DNA from: Escherichia coli
Lineage (GTDB): Bacteria > Pseudomonadota > Gammaproteobacteria > Enterobacterales > Enterobacteriaceae
Length of the DNA: 64,000 bases
NCBI RefSeq assembly: GCF_024502345.1
Contig: NZ_JALDNN010000001.1
Reading direction: 5' to 3' (one strand)
How positions within the stretch are numbered: the first letter of the stretch is position 1; each line of letters starts with the position of its first letter. The notes beneath the pieces are model-generated. The model saw only the letters and a program-made list of their open reading frames with translations. It had not been told where the DNA came from and ran no database searches. Made by a program: the position numbers and the translations under genes. Of this stretch, positions 40,990 to 49,943 are shown in pieces.

Positions 40990-41110
40990 ACATGCCAGGA
41001 AGCCTGGCAGAAGAAGCTCGATACCATGCTGAACGCGCTGATGAAAACTACCGAGCAGGAATGACATGTGAGCGGATTTATGAGTCCGTAAAAATACTAA
41101 CAATGAACCG
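40990..41110 (+). pseudogene. remnant 3' end of a second Rz/Rz1 spanin gene
   Basis: Translates to ...[29 protein letters not shown]..., about 80 percent identical to the Rz C-terminus at 40000-40127; no upstream gene body. Confidence 0.6.
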
Positions 41111-41129
41111 TAGAGGAAAAATAATAGCT

Positions 41130-41514
41130 CTATAAATTAAGATGTTGACGGTTTTCGTGGATAAATTTGTGAATTTTTACTATGAAGGAAATACGACTCT
41201 TCCTTGAGTCAAAATCCCTGACAACTTAGGGTGATAGATAAAGGTCTTACGCAGCATGACATAATTTTCGATTTAAGCTATTTAAATTAATTTTTAAGAT
41301 CAAAACCCACTGAGATTTACTTACAAAACTAAACCTTGCTATGTCTGGTTAATCATGCGTTAATGAATGTCTGGTTTGTAACGAATTTATCTGAAGCAGT
41401 CGCTGTAATAATTTTATTCCTTGTTCCTGTTGAGATTTCCTTGTTAGCTTTTCTCTCTGATAAATTTTTTTCGGACCATTCTGCCCAAGGGCTTACTCAA
41501 TAAAGGTAATGTTT
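41130..41514 (+). promoter_or_regulatory. long AT-rich leader/promoter region upstream of the cold-shock gene
   Basis: About 380 bp AT-rich non-coding sequence before csp, as is typical of the long 5' UTRs of cspA-family genes. Confidence 0.35.
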
Positions 41515-41727
41515 ATGTCTAATAAAATGACTGGTTTAGTTAAATGGTTTAATCCTGAAAAAGGTTTTGGTTTTATCACTCCAAAAGATGGTAGTAAAGA
41601 TGTGTTTGTTCACTTCTCTGCTATCCAGAGTAATGATTTCAAGACGTTGAATGAGAATCAGGAAGTTGAATTTAGTGTTGAACAGGGACCTAAAGGCCCC
41701 ACGGCAGTTAATGTCGTGGCTGTATAA
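41515..41727 (+). CDS. cold-shock protein, CspA family (prophage-borne, CspB/CspI-like)
   Basis: [70 protein letters not shown] with RNP1/RNP2 motifs. Confidence 0.9.
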   Translation: MSNKMTGLVKWFNPEKGFGFITPKDGSKDVFVHFSAIQSNDFKTLNENQEVEFSVEQGPKGPTAVNVVAV

Positions 41728-41931
41728 GGTAACTGTTATTACTAATAATATTCACTTCAGATGTCCGTGTTGCCACGGATCTCAGTACCGAACGTCAAAC
41801 TTTGATGTTACTGAAAAAAATCCTTTCGGAGCAAAATGTATTTTTTGCAAATCAACAATGATTACATTTGATAATATTGCACTGTACATTCGTTCTGGTC
41901 AGTCTTCGTTAGAATTCAGAAAATAAATTTC

Positions 41932-41953
41932 AGGCTCCTTATGGAGCCTTTTT
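41932..41953 (+). terminator. intrinsic terminator
   Basis: aggctcc-ttat-ggagcct hairpin followed by ttttt. Confidence 0.6.
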
Positions 41954-41999
41954 TGTATGCTGAACCGACAATCTCTGTAAGAGACATCACGGTAAAATT

Positions 42000-42230
42000 A
42001 TGAAAAAAGTCATCGTTTTTTTTAATGCAGAACCAGCAGTTGTTGTAACCGTAATGAAAGGTATTACTACGATAATGCGTGAGTTTCCCAATGGGGAAAA
42101 AGCACACCTACCCGTGATGTCAGCGGGATTTCCATCTCTGACAGGAGACCATAAAATAGTTTATGTAGCCTCTGATCGTGATGTCAGTTCAGAAGAGATC
42201 CTCGAGGCAGCCTCGAAGCTTTTGAAATGA
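42000..42230 (+). CDS. YmcE-like small protein (76 aa)
   Basis: 76-aa ORF immediately upstream of a gnsA/B-like gene, the same arrangement and size as ymcE-gnsA in K-12; identity not verified. Confidence 0.4.
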   Translation: MKKVIVFFNAEPAVVVTVMKGITTIMREFPNGEKAHLPVMSAGFPSLTGDHKIVYVASDRDVSSEEILEAASKLLK

Positions 42231-42434
42231 GATCTGGTTGTTTCGTGACCGACCCGGATTTTAGTACAGTGGTTTGTGTGGTCGCGAGCTCTTTTGCATG
42301 AAGATTGTACTGCAAACTATTGATAATTGAGTCTTTCTATTCTATCTTTTAAACATATCAGCGCTTATACAAGTGCTCTACGGGGAATGTAACATGCCTG
42401 GCGTTGATACGTTAGAGATCAAGAGAGGTAAACA

Positions 42435-42608
42435 ATGAACGTCGAAGATTTAAAAAGAAAAACTGAAGCGGATATTTCTGAATTCATCACAAAAAAAATT
42501 ATTGAACTCAAAAAAAAGACAGGAAAAGAAGTTTCCGATATCCAGTTTAATGCTCGTGAAAAAATGACTGGGCTTGAAAGCTATGATATTAAAATCACAT
42601 TAATCTAA
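42435..42608 (+). CDS. GnsA/GnsB-family protein (57 aa; below the ORF-track size cutoff)
   Basis: Manual translation MNVEDLKRKTEADISEFITKKIIELKKKTGKEVSDIQFNAREKMTGLESYDIKITLI, close to remembered GnsA/GnsB sequences. Confidence 0.8.
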   Translation: MNVEDLKRKTEADISEFITKKIIELKKKTGKEVSDIQFNAREKMTGLESYDIKITLI

Positions 42609-43049
42609 TTGTTATAAGACTCAGTTCGAGTGAAAAAGCATTATCTTGAAAGGTAATGCTTTTTTATTTCTGTCATAAAATTTAGAACGTTGTCAAAGCC
42701 TTCACTTCTAACCACAGATTTTCTGCTTACCTTTTAACGGGTCCTCCTTGACGATTCTGACCATCGAGGGGCAGCAGCGGCGCGGGATTTGGAGCATTTT
42801 TGATTCTTCACGCAACCATTTCAGCATTTGATGCTGATGACGGAACACTATCCCCGAATACACTGGGTTTGTTGCATTCTCTGATTCAAAAGAACACGGT
42901 GTGCTTCAACTTGGCTGAGCAGGCATTACAGCAGACATTCACTGAGTGCCTGCGACAAAGTTAAATGGCATCAAGCATGCGATGATGATTGATTAATAAT
43001 TGAGCTATGCATGGTATAATAAGCCCCATTCATTGAAAGGTTAACCACC

Positions 43050-43214
43050 ATGTCATTTTTCGATTATGCAATGCAGCGTGTTGGGCTTGCAGCCAATACG
43101 ACTGTCATGTGCCCGATATGCGGACATAAATCCACACACTCGACCACGAAAGTACGCCAACAACAGGCGTTACTTTGCCCTAAATGTAAATCGCTGTTTG
43201 TCATTCACAGATAA
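43050..43214 (+). CDS. hypothetical small zinc-ribbon protein (about 54 aa; below track cutoff)
   Basis: Manual translation MSFFDYAMQRVGLAANTTVMCPICGHKSTHSTTKVRQQQALLCPKCKSLFVIHR with CPxCG...CPKC; followed by terminator hairpins. Confidence 0.3.
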   Translation: MSFFDYAMQRVGLAANTTVMCPICGHKSTHSTTKVRQQQALLCPKCKSLFVIHR

Positions 43215-43233
43215 CATGCGACCTGCTGAATAT

Positions 43234-43256
43234 AACCGCCTACGGGCGGTTTTTTA
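43234..43256 (+). terminator. intrinsic terminator (a second hairpin gccactttcgagtggc + T-run follows at about 43271-43293)
   Basis: ccgcc-tacg-ggcgg hairpin followed by tttttt. Confidence 0.6.
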
Positions 43257-43370
43257 TTGCCATCACAAAGGCCACTTTCGAGTGGCTTTTTTAATGGTCA
43301 TCACGACGGGTATTACAGCAGGAATTACTGAGTGCCTGCGATAATGCTCAATATTTTTATCGGAGTGAAT

Positions 43371-43559
43371 ATGCCACCGCGCACACCGAAGGCCGGCCTG
43401 AAAGGGGCGATACAAAAAAGGGAAAAAATGAAAAGACATAAGCGAAATAAAAAAGCCACCACATCTGCAAATGTGATGGCTGGCATTCGGATTAATTCAG
43501 GTTGGCTGAATAAGTTAGCCGCAGATATTACTAAAATAATTAATGAAGCATGTCCCTAA
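43371..43559 (+). CDS. hypothetical small highly basic protein (62 aa)
   Basis: ggag RBS 5 nt before the ATG; translation MPPRTPKAGLKGAIQKREKMKRHKRNKKATTSANVMAGIRINSGWLNKLAADITKIINEACP. Confidence 0.35.
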   Translation: MPPRTPKAGLKGAIQKREKMKRHKRNKKATTSANVMAGIRINSGWLNKLAADITKIINEACP

Positions 43560-43947
43560 TCTCATCTGAGATATCTCTTGGCCCTGCAGGCTGAGGCGCA
43601 ACCAACCGGGTCGGAAGTCTCTCGAAGAAACCACCACCACCATGATGATGAAAACCCCGGTTATTTTTATAACTATTGAAGTTACTGTCGGTAGTGAGAA
43701 GGATGTTGCACTGGTGCGAGCAGTCAACAACAACGACATCACCTGCATTCAGGTGCATTCGTTTGTGAAGAAATTGCATAAGTCTCCTTATCAAGAGGCA
43801 ATCAGCACTCCTCTCAAGGCTGGTACGCCAACGTCCCACCGCTGACGGGCTGAGCCATTACCTTACCCAGACTCAACGATAAGTAACATCCTGATATTCA
43901 GACAGTAACTGTAATCGATAATGCTGAAGAATAGGCAGTAAATACAG

Positions 43948-44595
43948 GTGACTGATATGGCAACACTGAAGGATTTATCAAACCAGTTAAAGCAACTGCA
44001 AAAGCAAATCCCGTTTGCCACAGCTCAGGCGATGACAAAAGTTGTACGCCAGATTGAGTTGGCTCAGAAGACGGCATTCGAACGACATCTGGAGAGCCCC
44101 ACGCCGTTTACCGTTAAATCAGTTGGTTCGGTGGCGGCAAGAAAGAACAATCTGACCGCAAAGGTTTTTGTCCGTGATACCGCTGCTGGTTATCTGGAAC
44201 CATTCGAGTTTGGCGGAGAGCACAAGCTCAATAGCCAGGCTCTATTAAATCCCAAGAACGTTAAGCTAAACAAATACGGCAACATGCCGCGTAATAAGCT
44301 CTCACAGCTTAAAGCAAAGGAAAATGTATTCGTAGGTGAGGTTGATGGCGTTAACGCTGTCTGGCAGCGTAAGAAGCCGATGAAAGCTAAGAAGCGACGG
44401 GCCAAACGTTCCGCTAACGGGACGCGAAGACCGAAACGCAAACAGCGTTCTCCAAAGCTTTTGATCCGGTTTGGTGATGCGCTACCTGTGACTCCAGTGC
44501 TGGGGTATATGGATAGGGCCCGTACCATGGCGAACGCACTGCTACCGTCTGCTTTAAATCAGGCGATAGCAGAAGCCATCAGGACGGCAAAATAA
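43948..44595 (+). CDS. hypothetical prophage protein (215 aa) with Lys/Arg-rich segment
   Basis: ORF with a central basic tract KKPMKAKKRRAKRSANGTRRPKRKQRSPK; no recognisable catalytic motif. Confidence 0.45.
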   Translation: MTDMATLKDLSNQLKQLQKQIPFATAQAMTKVVRQIELAQKTAFERHLESPTPFTVKSVGSVAARKNNLTAKVFVRDTAAGYLEPFEFGGEHKLNSQALLNPKNVKLNKYGNMPRNKLSQLKAKENVFVGEVDGVNAVWQRKKPMKAKKRRAKRSANGTRRPKRKQRSPKLLIRFGDALPVTPVLGYMDRARTMANALLPSALNQAIAEAIRTAK

Positions 44596-44605
44596 AAGCA
44601 GTAAC

Positions 44606-45109
44606 TTATAAGTTAATTTCGCAAGCTTTTATGAAGCTGTTTACTGCAGTTGTCGATCCAGAAACATTGGCTGACATGGAATGCTGGTTTCCGCCATCCT
44701 TTGTTTGCACACCAACTAACACTTTGGATTTCGCCCCCTGAAGCTGCTTAAGCACTGTTTTCAGTTGGTCCGTGTCATCCGATTGAATCTGGAGGCTCTG
44801 AACATTACGTCTTGAAAGGGTAGCATCGAGCTTCACTGCGGTATTCCCGTCGACCTTCATTATCAGGTCCATTGGTACCTCTGATAGTGATTCGGTGCTT
44901 TTATCCATTTCAACGTATGCCGCCGATAGCTTTTCTTTAGTGCAGTCAAACACAATGGCGCCATTGTCGGATGAAACCTCGCCAAGCATCATTGCTTTCT
45001 TACCACCAGAGAAAAGGTCATCTTCAGTATTAGTTACCCACTGGGCATGAGCAATTGGTGATGCCAGCACTGCGGCTACGAAAGTTATTTTGATTATATT
45101 GTTACCCAT
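44606..45109 (-). CDS. secreted/periplasmic protein, moron-like, opposite strand to the phage late genes
   Basis: Signal peptide MGNNIIKITFVAAVLASPIAHA then a soluble domain; convergent with the neighbouring phage genes (Bor-like placement, but no lipobox). Confidence 0.5.
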   Translation of the reverse strand: MGNNIIKITFVAAVLASPIAHAQWVTNTEDDLFSGGKKAMMLGEVSSDNGAIVFDCTKEKLSAAYVEMDKSTESLSEVPMDLIMKVDGNTAVKLDATLSRRNVQSLQIQSDDTDQLKTVLKQLQGAKSKVLVGVQTKDGGNQHSMSANVSGSTTAVNSFIKACEINL

Positions 45110-45253
45110 TACATTCTCCTTGTATTGAATAGGAATAATCATAGTCGGAGCGAATGGTCGAAGCCATTAAAAAAATGGGTCCTTCCTGAGACTTTTGTAA
45201 GGCACGGGCATTGCGCGCCGCGGTGTTTTCCTAGCTACAACTTTCAGATTTGT

Positions 45254-45402
45254 GTCCCATGTCCCACCTCTGGCGATCATTACGGACACCTCGCCAGCTC
45301 TGGCTATTCCAGTTTATTCCAGTGGGACATTCTGGTGGGACATGGCAAAAATGTCCCAGGCGAATGTCCCACCCCAGAAAATGTCCCAGGTGATGTCCCA
45401 TG
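45254..45402. promoter_or_regulatory. array of 8 copies of (A)TGTCCCA, 6 direct and 2 inverted; putative cosB-type binding sites
   Basis: Motif at 45254, 45261, 45322 (inverted), 45335 (inverted), 45351, 45364, 45381 and 45393, the last overlapping the terminase small-subunit ATG; GC-rich gcgcgccgcgg lies just upstream (about 45212-45225). Confidence 0.45.
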
Positions 45403-45969
45403 ACCACGATGAACCAGAGTCAGTACGCACAACATTCAGGTGTGGATCGCAAAACAATTGGTCGGTGGATTAAAGCCGGGCGCTTCATTGTGATGGACGG
45501 AGACCTGATTGACGTAGAGGCCAGCGATGCGGCATTGAAGAAAAACCGCGATGGCAAAGACCCGCGCGCCTCGAACGCGAAGAAAAAGAAAACTCCCGTC
45601 GTTAGCGATAACGATGATGACGGTGATGAAATCAATAAAACTGTCCGCCAGATAATGCTCACTGAAGGGGCAGATCTTTCGAGAGAGGAAGCGGGACGTA
45701 TCCGCGAGAATTACATGGCCCTGCAGGCAAAGCTGCAGTATGAAAAAGACAGCGGCCAGCTTATTGAGCTGACAGCAGCCGAGGAGGTTTTATTCAACGC
45801 CTTTCGCCAACAGCGTGATGCCTGGCTTAACTGGCCGTCCAGGGTGGCGCCGCTAATGGCTGCTGATCTGGATGTACCGGCGGACAGGATGACAGAGGTG
45901 CTGATTGAACATGTCCACAAACACATCTCAGTCCTCGGAGAGCCAGAGTTTAACCCGGCAGAAGATTGA
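45400..45969 (+). CDS. terminase small subunit (lambda Nu1-like)
   Basis: N-terminal winged-helix region (RKTIGRWIKAG) and C-terminal resemblance to lambda Nu1; immediately upstream of the large subunit. Confidence 0.75.
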   Translation: MTTMNQSQYAQHSGVDRKTIGRWIKAGRFIVMDGDLIDVEASDAALKKNRDGKDPRASNAKKKKTPVVSDNDDDGDEINKTVRQIMLTEGADLSREEAGRIRENYMALQAKLQYEKDSGQLIELTAAEEVLFNAFRQQRDAWLNWPSRVAPLMAADLDVPADRMTEVLIEHVHKHISVLGEPEFNPAED

Positions 45970-48034
45970 GCGTCTTGAATTAAGCGTCCGCAAAGGCTGG
46001 ACACCCCCGCCGCGTATCAGTGTGCCGCAGTGGGCAGATGACTATCGTAAGCTGGCAAAAGAGGCTGGGAGCACTTCGGGAAACTGGGAAACATCGACGG
46101 TAGAAATTGCCCGCGGACCGATGCTTGCCGCGACGGAGTCCGGGGTTCATATCATCACTGTAATGTGCTGTACCCAGTTGATGAAGACAGCACTGCTGGA
46201 AAACCTTTTTGGCTATTTTGCCCACCTCGATCCTTGTCCGATACTGCTGCTGCAGCCGAAAGAAGAAGCCGCTGAACAGTTTTCGAAAGAGCGTATTAGC
46301 CCGCTGGTAAGGGTGACGCCGGTACTGCGTAAAATCATCGGTGATTCGAAACAGAAAAGCTCGAAAGAAACCATTCTTTACAAGGCATTCACTGGCGGAT
46401 TTCTGGCGCTGGCGGGTGCTGGTAGCCCTGATAACCTTGCGCGTCGTCCGATTCGTGTCCTGCTGGCGGATGAAGTGGACAAGTACCCGATAACCCGCGA
46501 AGGCGATCCAATTGCGCTGGCCGAAGAGCGTACAGCGACATTTGGCCTGACCTGGCTGTCTGTACGCGCCTGTTCGCCGACGGTGGAGGATGAGAGCCGC
46601 ATTGCTGACAGCTACGCCGACTCCGATCAGCGCCGGGCATCTGTGGTTTGCCCGCACTGTGGCCACCGCCAGTTCCCCGACTTTTTCAAACACGTTCAGT
46701 GGCCGAAAGAGGGAGATAAACACCTGACTAAATCGGCGATGCTCTATTGCGAATGCTGTGGTAGTGGCTGGTCCGAAGGACAGCGCCTCAGAGCTCTGCA
46801 CACTATTCGATGGCATCAGACGCGCCCATTTGAGTGCTGCGGGGAGCGGCACTCACCGCTGATGGATTATGACCTTGCCTGGCGGGCGGCAGACGAGGGC
46901 AGCGTTGAAAAGGTCTGGCAATGGTCAGAGTCGGAACGGCATGCGGTCTATCGCGCAATCTGCCCCTCCTGTGGAAAGGAGGCAGTCGATAACCACCACG
47001 CGGGGTACCAGGCATCCAAGCTTTTCAGCCCCTGGCAAAAAGATAAGCCGTCGGATATTGCGAAAAAATATATCGATGCGAAGGGCGATCCGGATAAGGA
47101 ACAGGCGTGGTGGAATACCCAGATGGGGCTTCCGCACCGACCTAATCATGGGAAACAGCTCCCTGTTGATGTTCTGCTGGCGCGCCGGGAAATATTTCCG
47201 GCCGTCGTTCCGGACGGGGTGGCATTGTTAACAGCTGGAGTTGATACCCAGGACGATCGCTTCGAAATTACGATCACCGGCTGGGGGAGAGATGAAGAAT
47301 CGTGGTCGGTCGCGCATGACGTTATTTATGGTGACCTTGAGACGGAAGAACCCTGGAAGCGACTGGATGCATACCTGAAACAGATCTGGCGACGTGGTGA
47401 CGGGCGCGGCCTGAATATCATGGCAACGTGCATGGACTCCGGTGGCCACCATACGCAGAAGGTATACGAATTCGCCAAAGAGCGTCTTGGCCGTCGTGTC
47501 TGGGCAATTAAGGGGGAGTCTGCACAGGGAGGTAAACGCAATCCTGTCTGGCCGACCAAACGACCATCATCGAAAAGCAAAGCCAGTTTCCGCCCTGTCA
47601 TTCTGGGGGTTAACTCAGCGAAAGACGTGATACGCGGTCGCCTGCATCTTGAGCCACCCAAACCTGGCGCCGCCGCTGCGGGTTATATGCATTTTCCTGA
47701 CGATCGCGATCTCGGGTACTTCAATCAGCTGCTGGCGGAGCGACTGGTTTACAAAGTCATTTCCGGGCAGCGGTACAGTATCTGGGAAGCAATACCAGGA
47801 CGAGCTAACGAAGCGCTTGACTGCCTCGTTTACAGCTATGCCGCGCTGTGCGGTCTCAAACATATGGGGTTAAAACTCAACGTCCGGGCCGCCAACCTCG
47901 AAGCCGATCCGGATAAGTTCCTGCCAGCGCCAGTTGGACAGGAAGAAAAAATCAATTACGAGCTGCCGGGTGCGGTTATTGAAGAACCAGCGCCGGTCAA
48001 ACGTAAGCGAATATCGCAACTCCTGCCGAAATAA
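45905..48034 (+). CDS. terminase large subunit (lambda gpA-like)
   Basis: 709 aa; conserved blocks shared with lambda gpA (VPQWADDYRKL, CPHCGHRQF, LTAGVDTQDDRFEITITGWG, ATCMDSGGHHT, NEALDCLVYSYAA). Confidence 0.9.
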   Translation: MNMSTNTSQSSESQSLTRQKIERLELSVRKGWTPPPRISVPQWADDYRKLAKEAGSTSGNWETSTVEIARGPMLAATESGVHIITVMCCTQLMKTALLENLFGYFAHLDPCPILLLQPKEEAAEQFSKERISPLVRVTPVLRKIIGDSKQKSSKETILYKAFTGGFLALAGAGSPDNLARRPIRVLLADEVDKYPITREGDPIALAEERTATFGLTWLSVRACSPTVEDESRIADSYADSDQRRASVVCPHCGHRQFPDFFKHVQWPKEGDKHLTKSAMLYCECCGSGWSEGQRLRALHTIRWHQTRPFECCGERHSPLMDYDLAWRAADEGSVEKVWQWSESERHAVYRAICPSCGKEAVDNHHAGYQASKLFSPWQKDKPSDIAKKYIDAKGDPDKEQAWWNTQMGLPHRPNHGKQLPVDVLLARREIFPAVVPDGVALLTAGVDTQDDRFEITITGWGRDEESWSVAHDVIYGDLETEEPWKRLDAYLKQIWRRGDGRGLNIMATCMDSGGHHTQKVYEFAKERLGRRVWAIKGESAQGGKRNPVWPTKRPSSKSKASFRPVILGVNSAKDVIRGRLHLEPPKPGAAAAGYMHFPDDRDLGYFNQLLAERLVYKVISGQRYSIWEAIPGRANEALDCLVYSYAALCGLKHMGLKLNVRAANLEADPDKFLPAPVGQEEKINYELPGAVIEEPAPVKRKRISQLLPK

Positions 48035-48042
48035 GGAAAATC

Positions 48043-48306
48043 ATGTTCAACCGGAACACCAGCCTGCTTGCCGGCGCAATGACTGACGATCAGCTCAGGG
48101 ATGCGCTTGCGAAAGCTCAGCAGGCGTACATTGATTTAGCAACCGGGAGCCACGGTGTTTCGTTTTCCTATACGCAGGGAGACGGGACGCGATCAGTGTC
48201 CTATCAGCAAAGCACCCTGGCTGATCTGCTGGCCCTGATTCAACTTCTGCAGGCGCAACTGGGGATTATCTCTCGTCCCCGGAAACCAGCGAGGTTTAGA
48301 TTCTGA
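48043..48306 (+). CDS. head-tail joining protein (gpW-like)
   Basis: 87-aa ORF between terminase and portal, the same size and position as lambda W. Confidence 0.6.
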   Translation: MFNRNTSLLAGAMTDDQLRDALAKAQQAYIDLATGSHGVSFSYTQGDGTRSVSYQQSTLADLLALIQLLQAQLGIISRPRKPARFRF

Positions 48307-49943
48307 TGAATAAAGTACAGATACTGGGCTCTGATGGGCAGCCGTTGCGACAGCAGCGTCCCTCTATGCTGGTGGGGGGGAGCCGCGTACCTTATGACGC
48401 AGCTGACTCTTTCAGCGATCAACTGGCGAACTGGCAACCCGCGCTGTGGTCCCCGGACAATGAAATTAACATTTACCGGGATCGCATCGTGTCCCGCGCA
48501 CGCGATCTGGTCCGTAATGACGGCTGGGCAAACGGTGCGGTCACACGTCTGCTGGATAATGCGGTTGGTGCCAACTTCCGCCCCATCATGAAACCCGATT
48601 ACCGTGTTCTCAGAATGATCACCGGAAACAAGGCGTTTGATGCGTCCTGGGCGGAAGAGTACGGAAAAGCACTGGACGGGCACTGGCGGACCTGGAGTAA
48701 CGATCCTGGCCGGTATTGTGATGTTGAACGAAAACTCACCGTGTCGCAGATGTTACGCCTGGGATTTCGTCACAAGCTTATTGACGGGGATGCTCTGGCC
48801 ATTCTCCAGTACAGAACTGACAGGCTTGGTCCCGGAAGAGGGCGTTACGCCACCACGGTACAGATTGTCGATCCTGACCGCCTCAGTAATCCTCAGCAGA
48901 ATTTCGATATGCCAAATGTCCGTGGTGGCGTTGAAATTGATGCGGACGGTGCGCCGGTTGCTTACCACATCAGGGAGGCCCATATCGGTGACTGGTGGAG
49001 CGGGGCTAAAACCATGACGTGGCAGCGTATCCCGCGTGAAACTGACTGGGGCCGCCCGCATGTGGTTCACGATTTTGATCATGAGCGTGGCGCGCAGCAC
49101 CGTGGTAACGGCATCCTGACTCCGGTTATTCAGCGTCTGAAAATGCTGGTGAAGTATGACCAGAGTGAGCTTGAGGCAGCAATTCTTAATGCCATATTTG
49201 CCGCTTACATTGAGTCACCCTATGACCCTGCGATGGTTCAGTCTGCCCTGGGCGAGACCTATGACGAGTCGGAGTTAGGCACTTATCAGGACGGGCGTGT
49301 TGAGTTCCATAACGATCGGCGTCTGACACTTCAGAATGGTGCCCGAATGCCCATTCTTTATCCTGGTGAGAAAATCACGACGGTTAACGCGGCGCGGCCC
49401 TACAGCAATTTTGAAGTCTTCGAATCTGCTGTTCTCCGTAATTTTTCTTCAGGAACAGGGTTGTCCCCACAGCAGGTCACCCAGGACTGGTCTGACGTTA
49501 ACTACAGTTCTGCACGCTCCTCGTTGCTGGAGGCATGGAAAACACTGACTCGCCGCCGGGACGATTTTTCTACCGGCTTCGCTCAGCCCATTCTCACCGC
49601 CTTTGTTGAAGAAGTTCACGACAATGAGGATTTACCCCTGCCCGCAGGCGCACCTGATTTTGTTGACGCCAGAGCCGCGTATTCTCGCGCGCGCTGGATG
49701 GGGCCAGGGCGCGGCTGGGTGGATCCGGTTGCAGAGAAAAAAGGCGCCATTCTTGGTCTGGATGCCGGACTTTCCACCCTCGAGATTGAGGTGGGTGAAA
49801 ACGTCGGTGAAGACTGGGAAGAAGTGCTTGATCAGCGCCAGAGAGAAATTGAGTCATGTCTTAAACGCGGATTACCGCTTCCGAGCTGGGCACAGGCTGA
49901 CCAGTTTGCGAGCCAGACCATTACCGATCCGGAGGAAAAGTGA
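48306..49943 (+). CDS. portal protein (lambda gpB-like)
   Basis: 545-aa ORF following gpW, upstream of an S49-type protease. Confidence 0.8.
   Translation: MNKVQILGSDGQPLRQQRPSMLVGGSRVPYDAADSFSDQLANWQPALWSPDNEINIYRDRIVSRARDLVRNDGWANGAVTRLLDNAVGANFRPIMKPDYRVLRMITGNKAFDASWAEEYGKALDGHWRTWSNDPGRYCDVERKLTVSQMLRLGFRHKLIDGDALAILQYRTDRLGPGRGRYATTVQIVDPDRLSNPQQNFDMPNVRGGVEIDADGAPVAYHIREAHIGDWWSGAKTMTWQRIPRETDWGRPHVVHDFDHERGAQHRGNGILTPVIQRLKMLVKYDQSELEAAILNAIFAAYIESPYDPAMVQSALGETYDESELGTYQDGRVEFHNDRRLTLQNGARMPILYPGEKITTVNAARPYSNFEVFESAVLRNFSSGTGLSPQQVTQDWSDVNYSSARSSLLEAWKTLTRRRDDFSTGFAQPILTAFVEEVHDNEDLPLPAGAPDFVDARAAYSRARWMGPGRGWVDPVAEKKGAILGLDAGLSTLEIEVGENVGEDWEEVLDQRQREIESCLKRGLPLPSWAQADQFASQTITDPEEK

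Noticed and set aside
38220-45400. Search for integrase, CI-type repressor, Q antiterminator or excisionase near the left prophage end
   Set aside because: No ORF of suitable size or motif (tyrosine recombinase R..HxxR..Y, helix-turn-helix repressor) was seen; recorded as absent from this window rather than annotated.
45980-46852. 290-aa minus-strand ORF within the terminase large-subunit gene
   Set aside because: Antisense to a gene with clear lambda gpA similarity; no RBS or promoter context.
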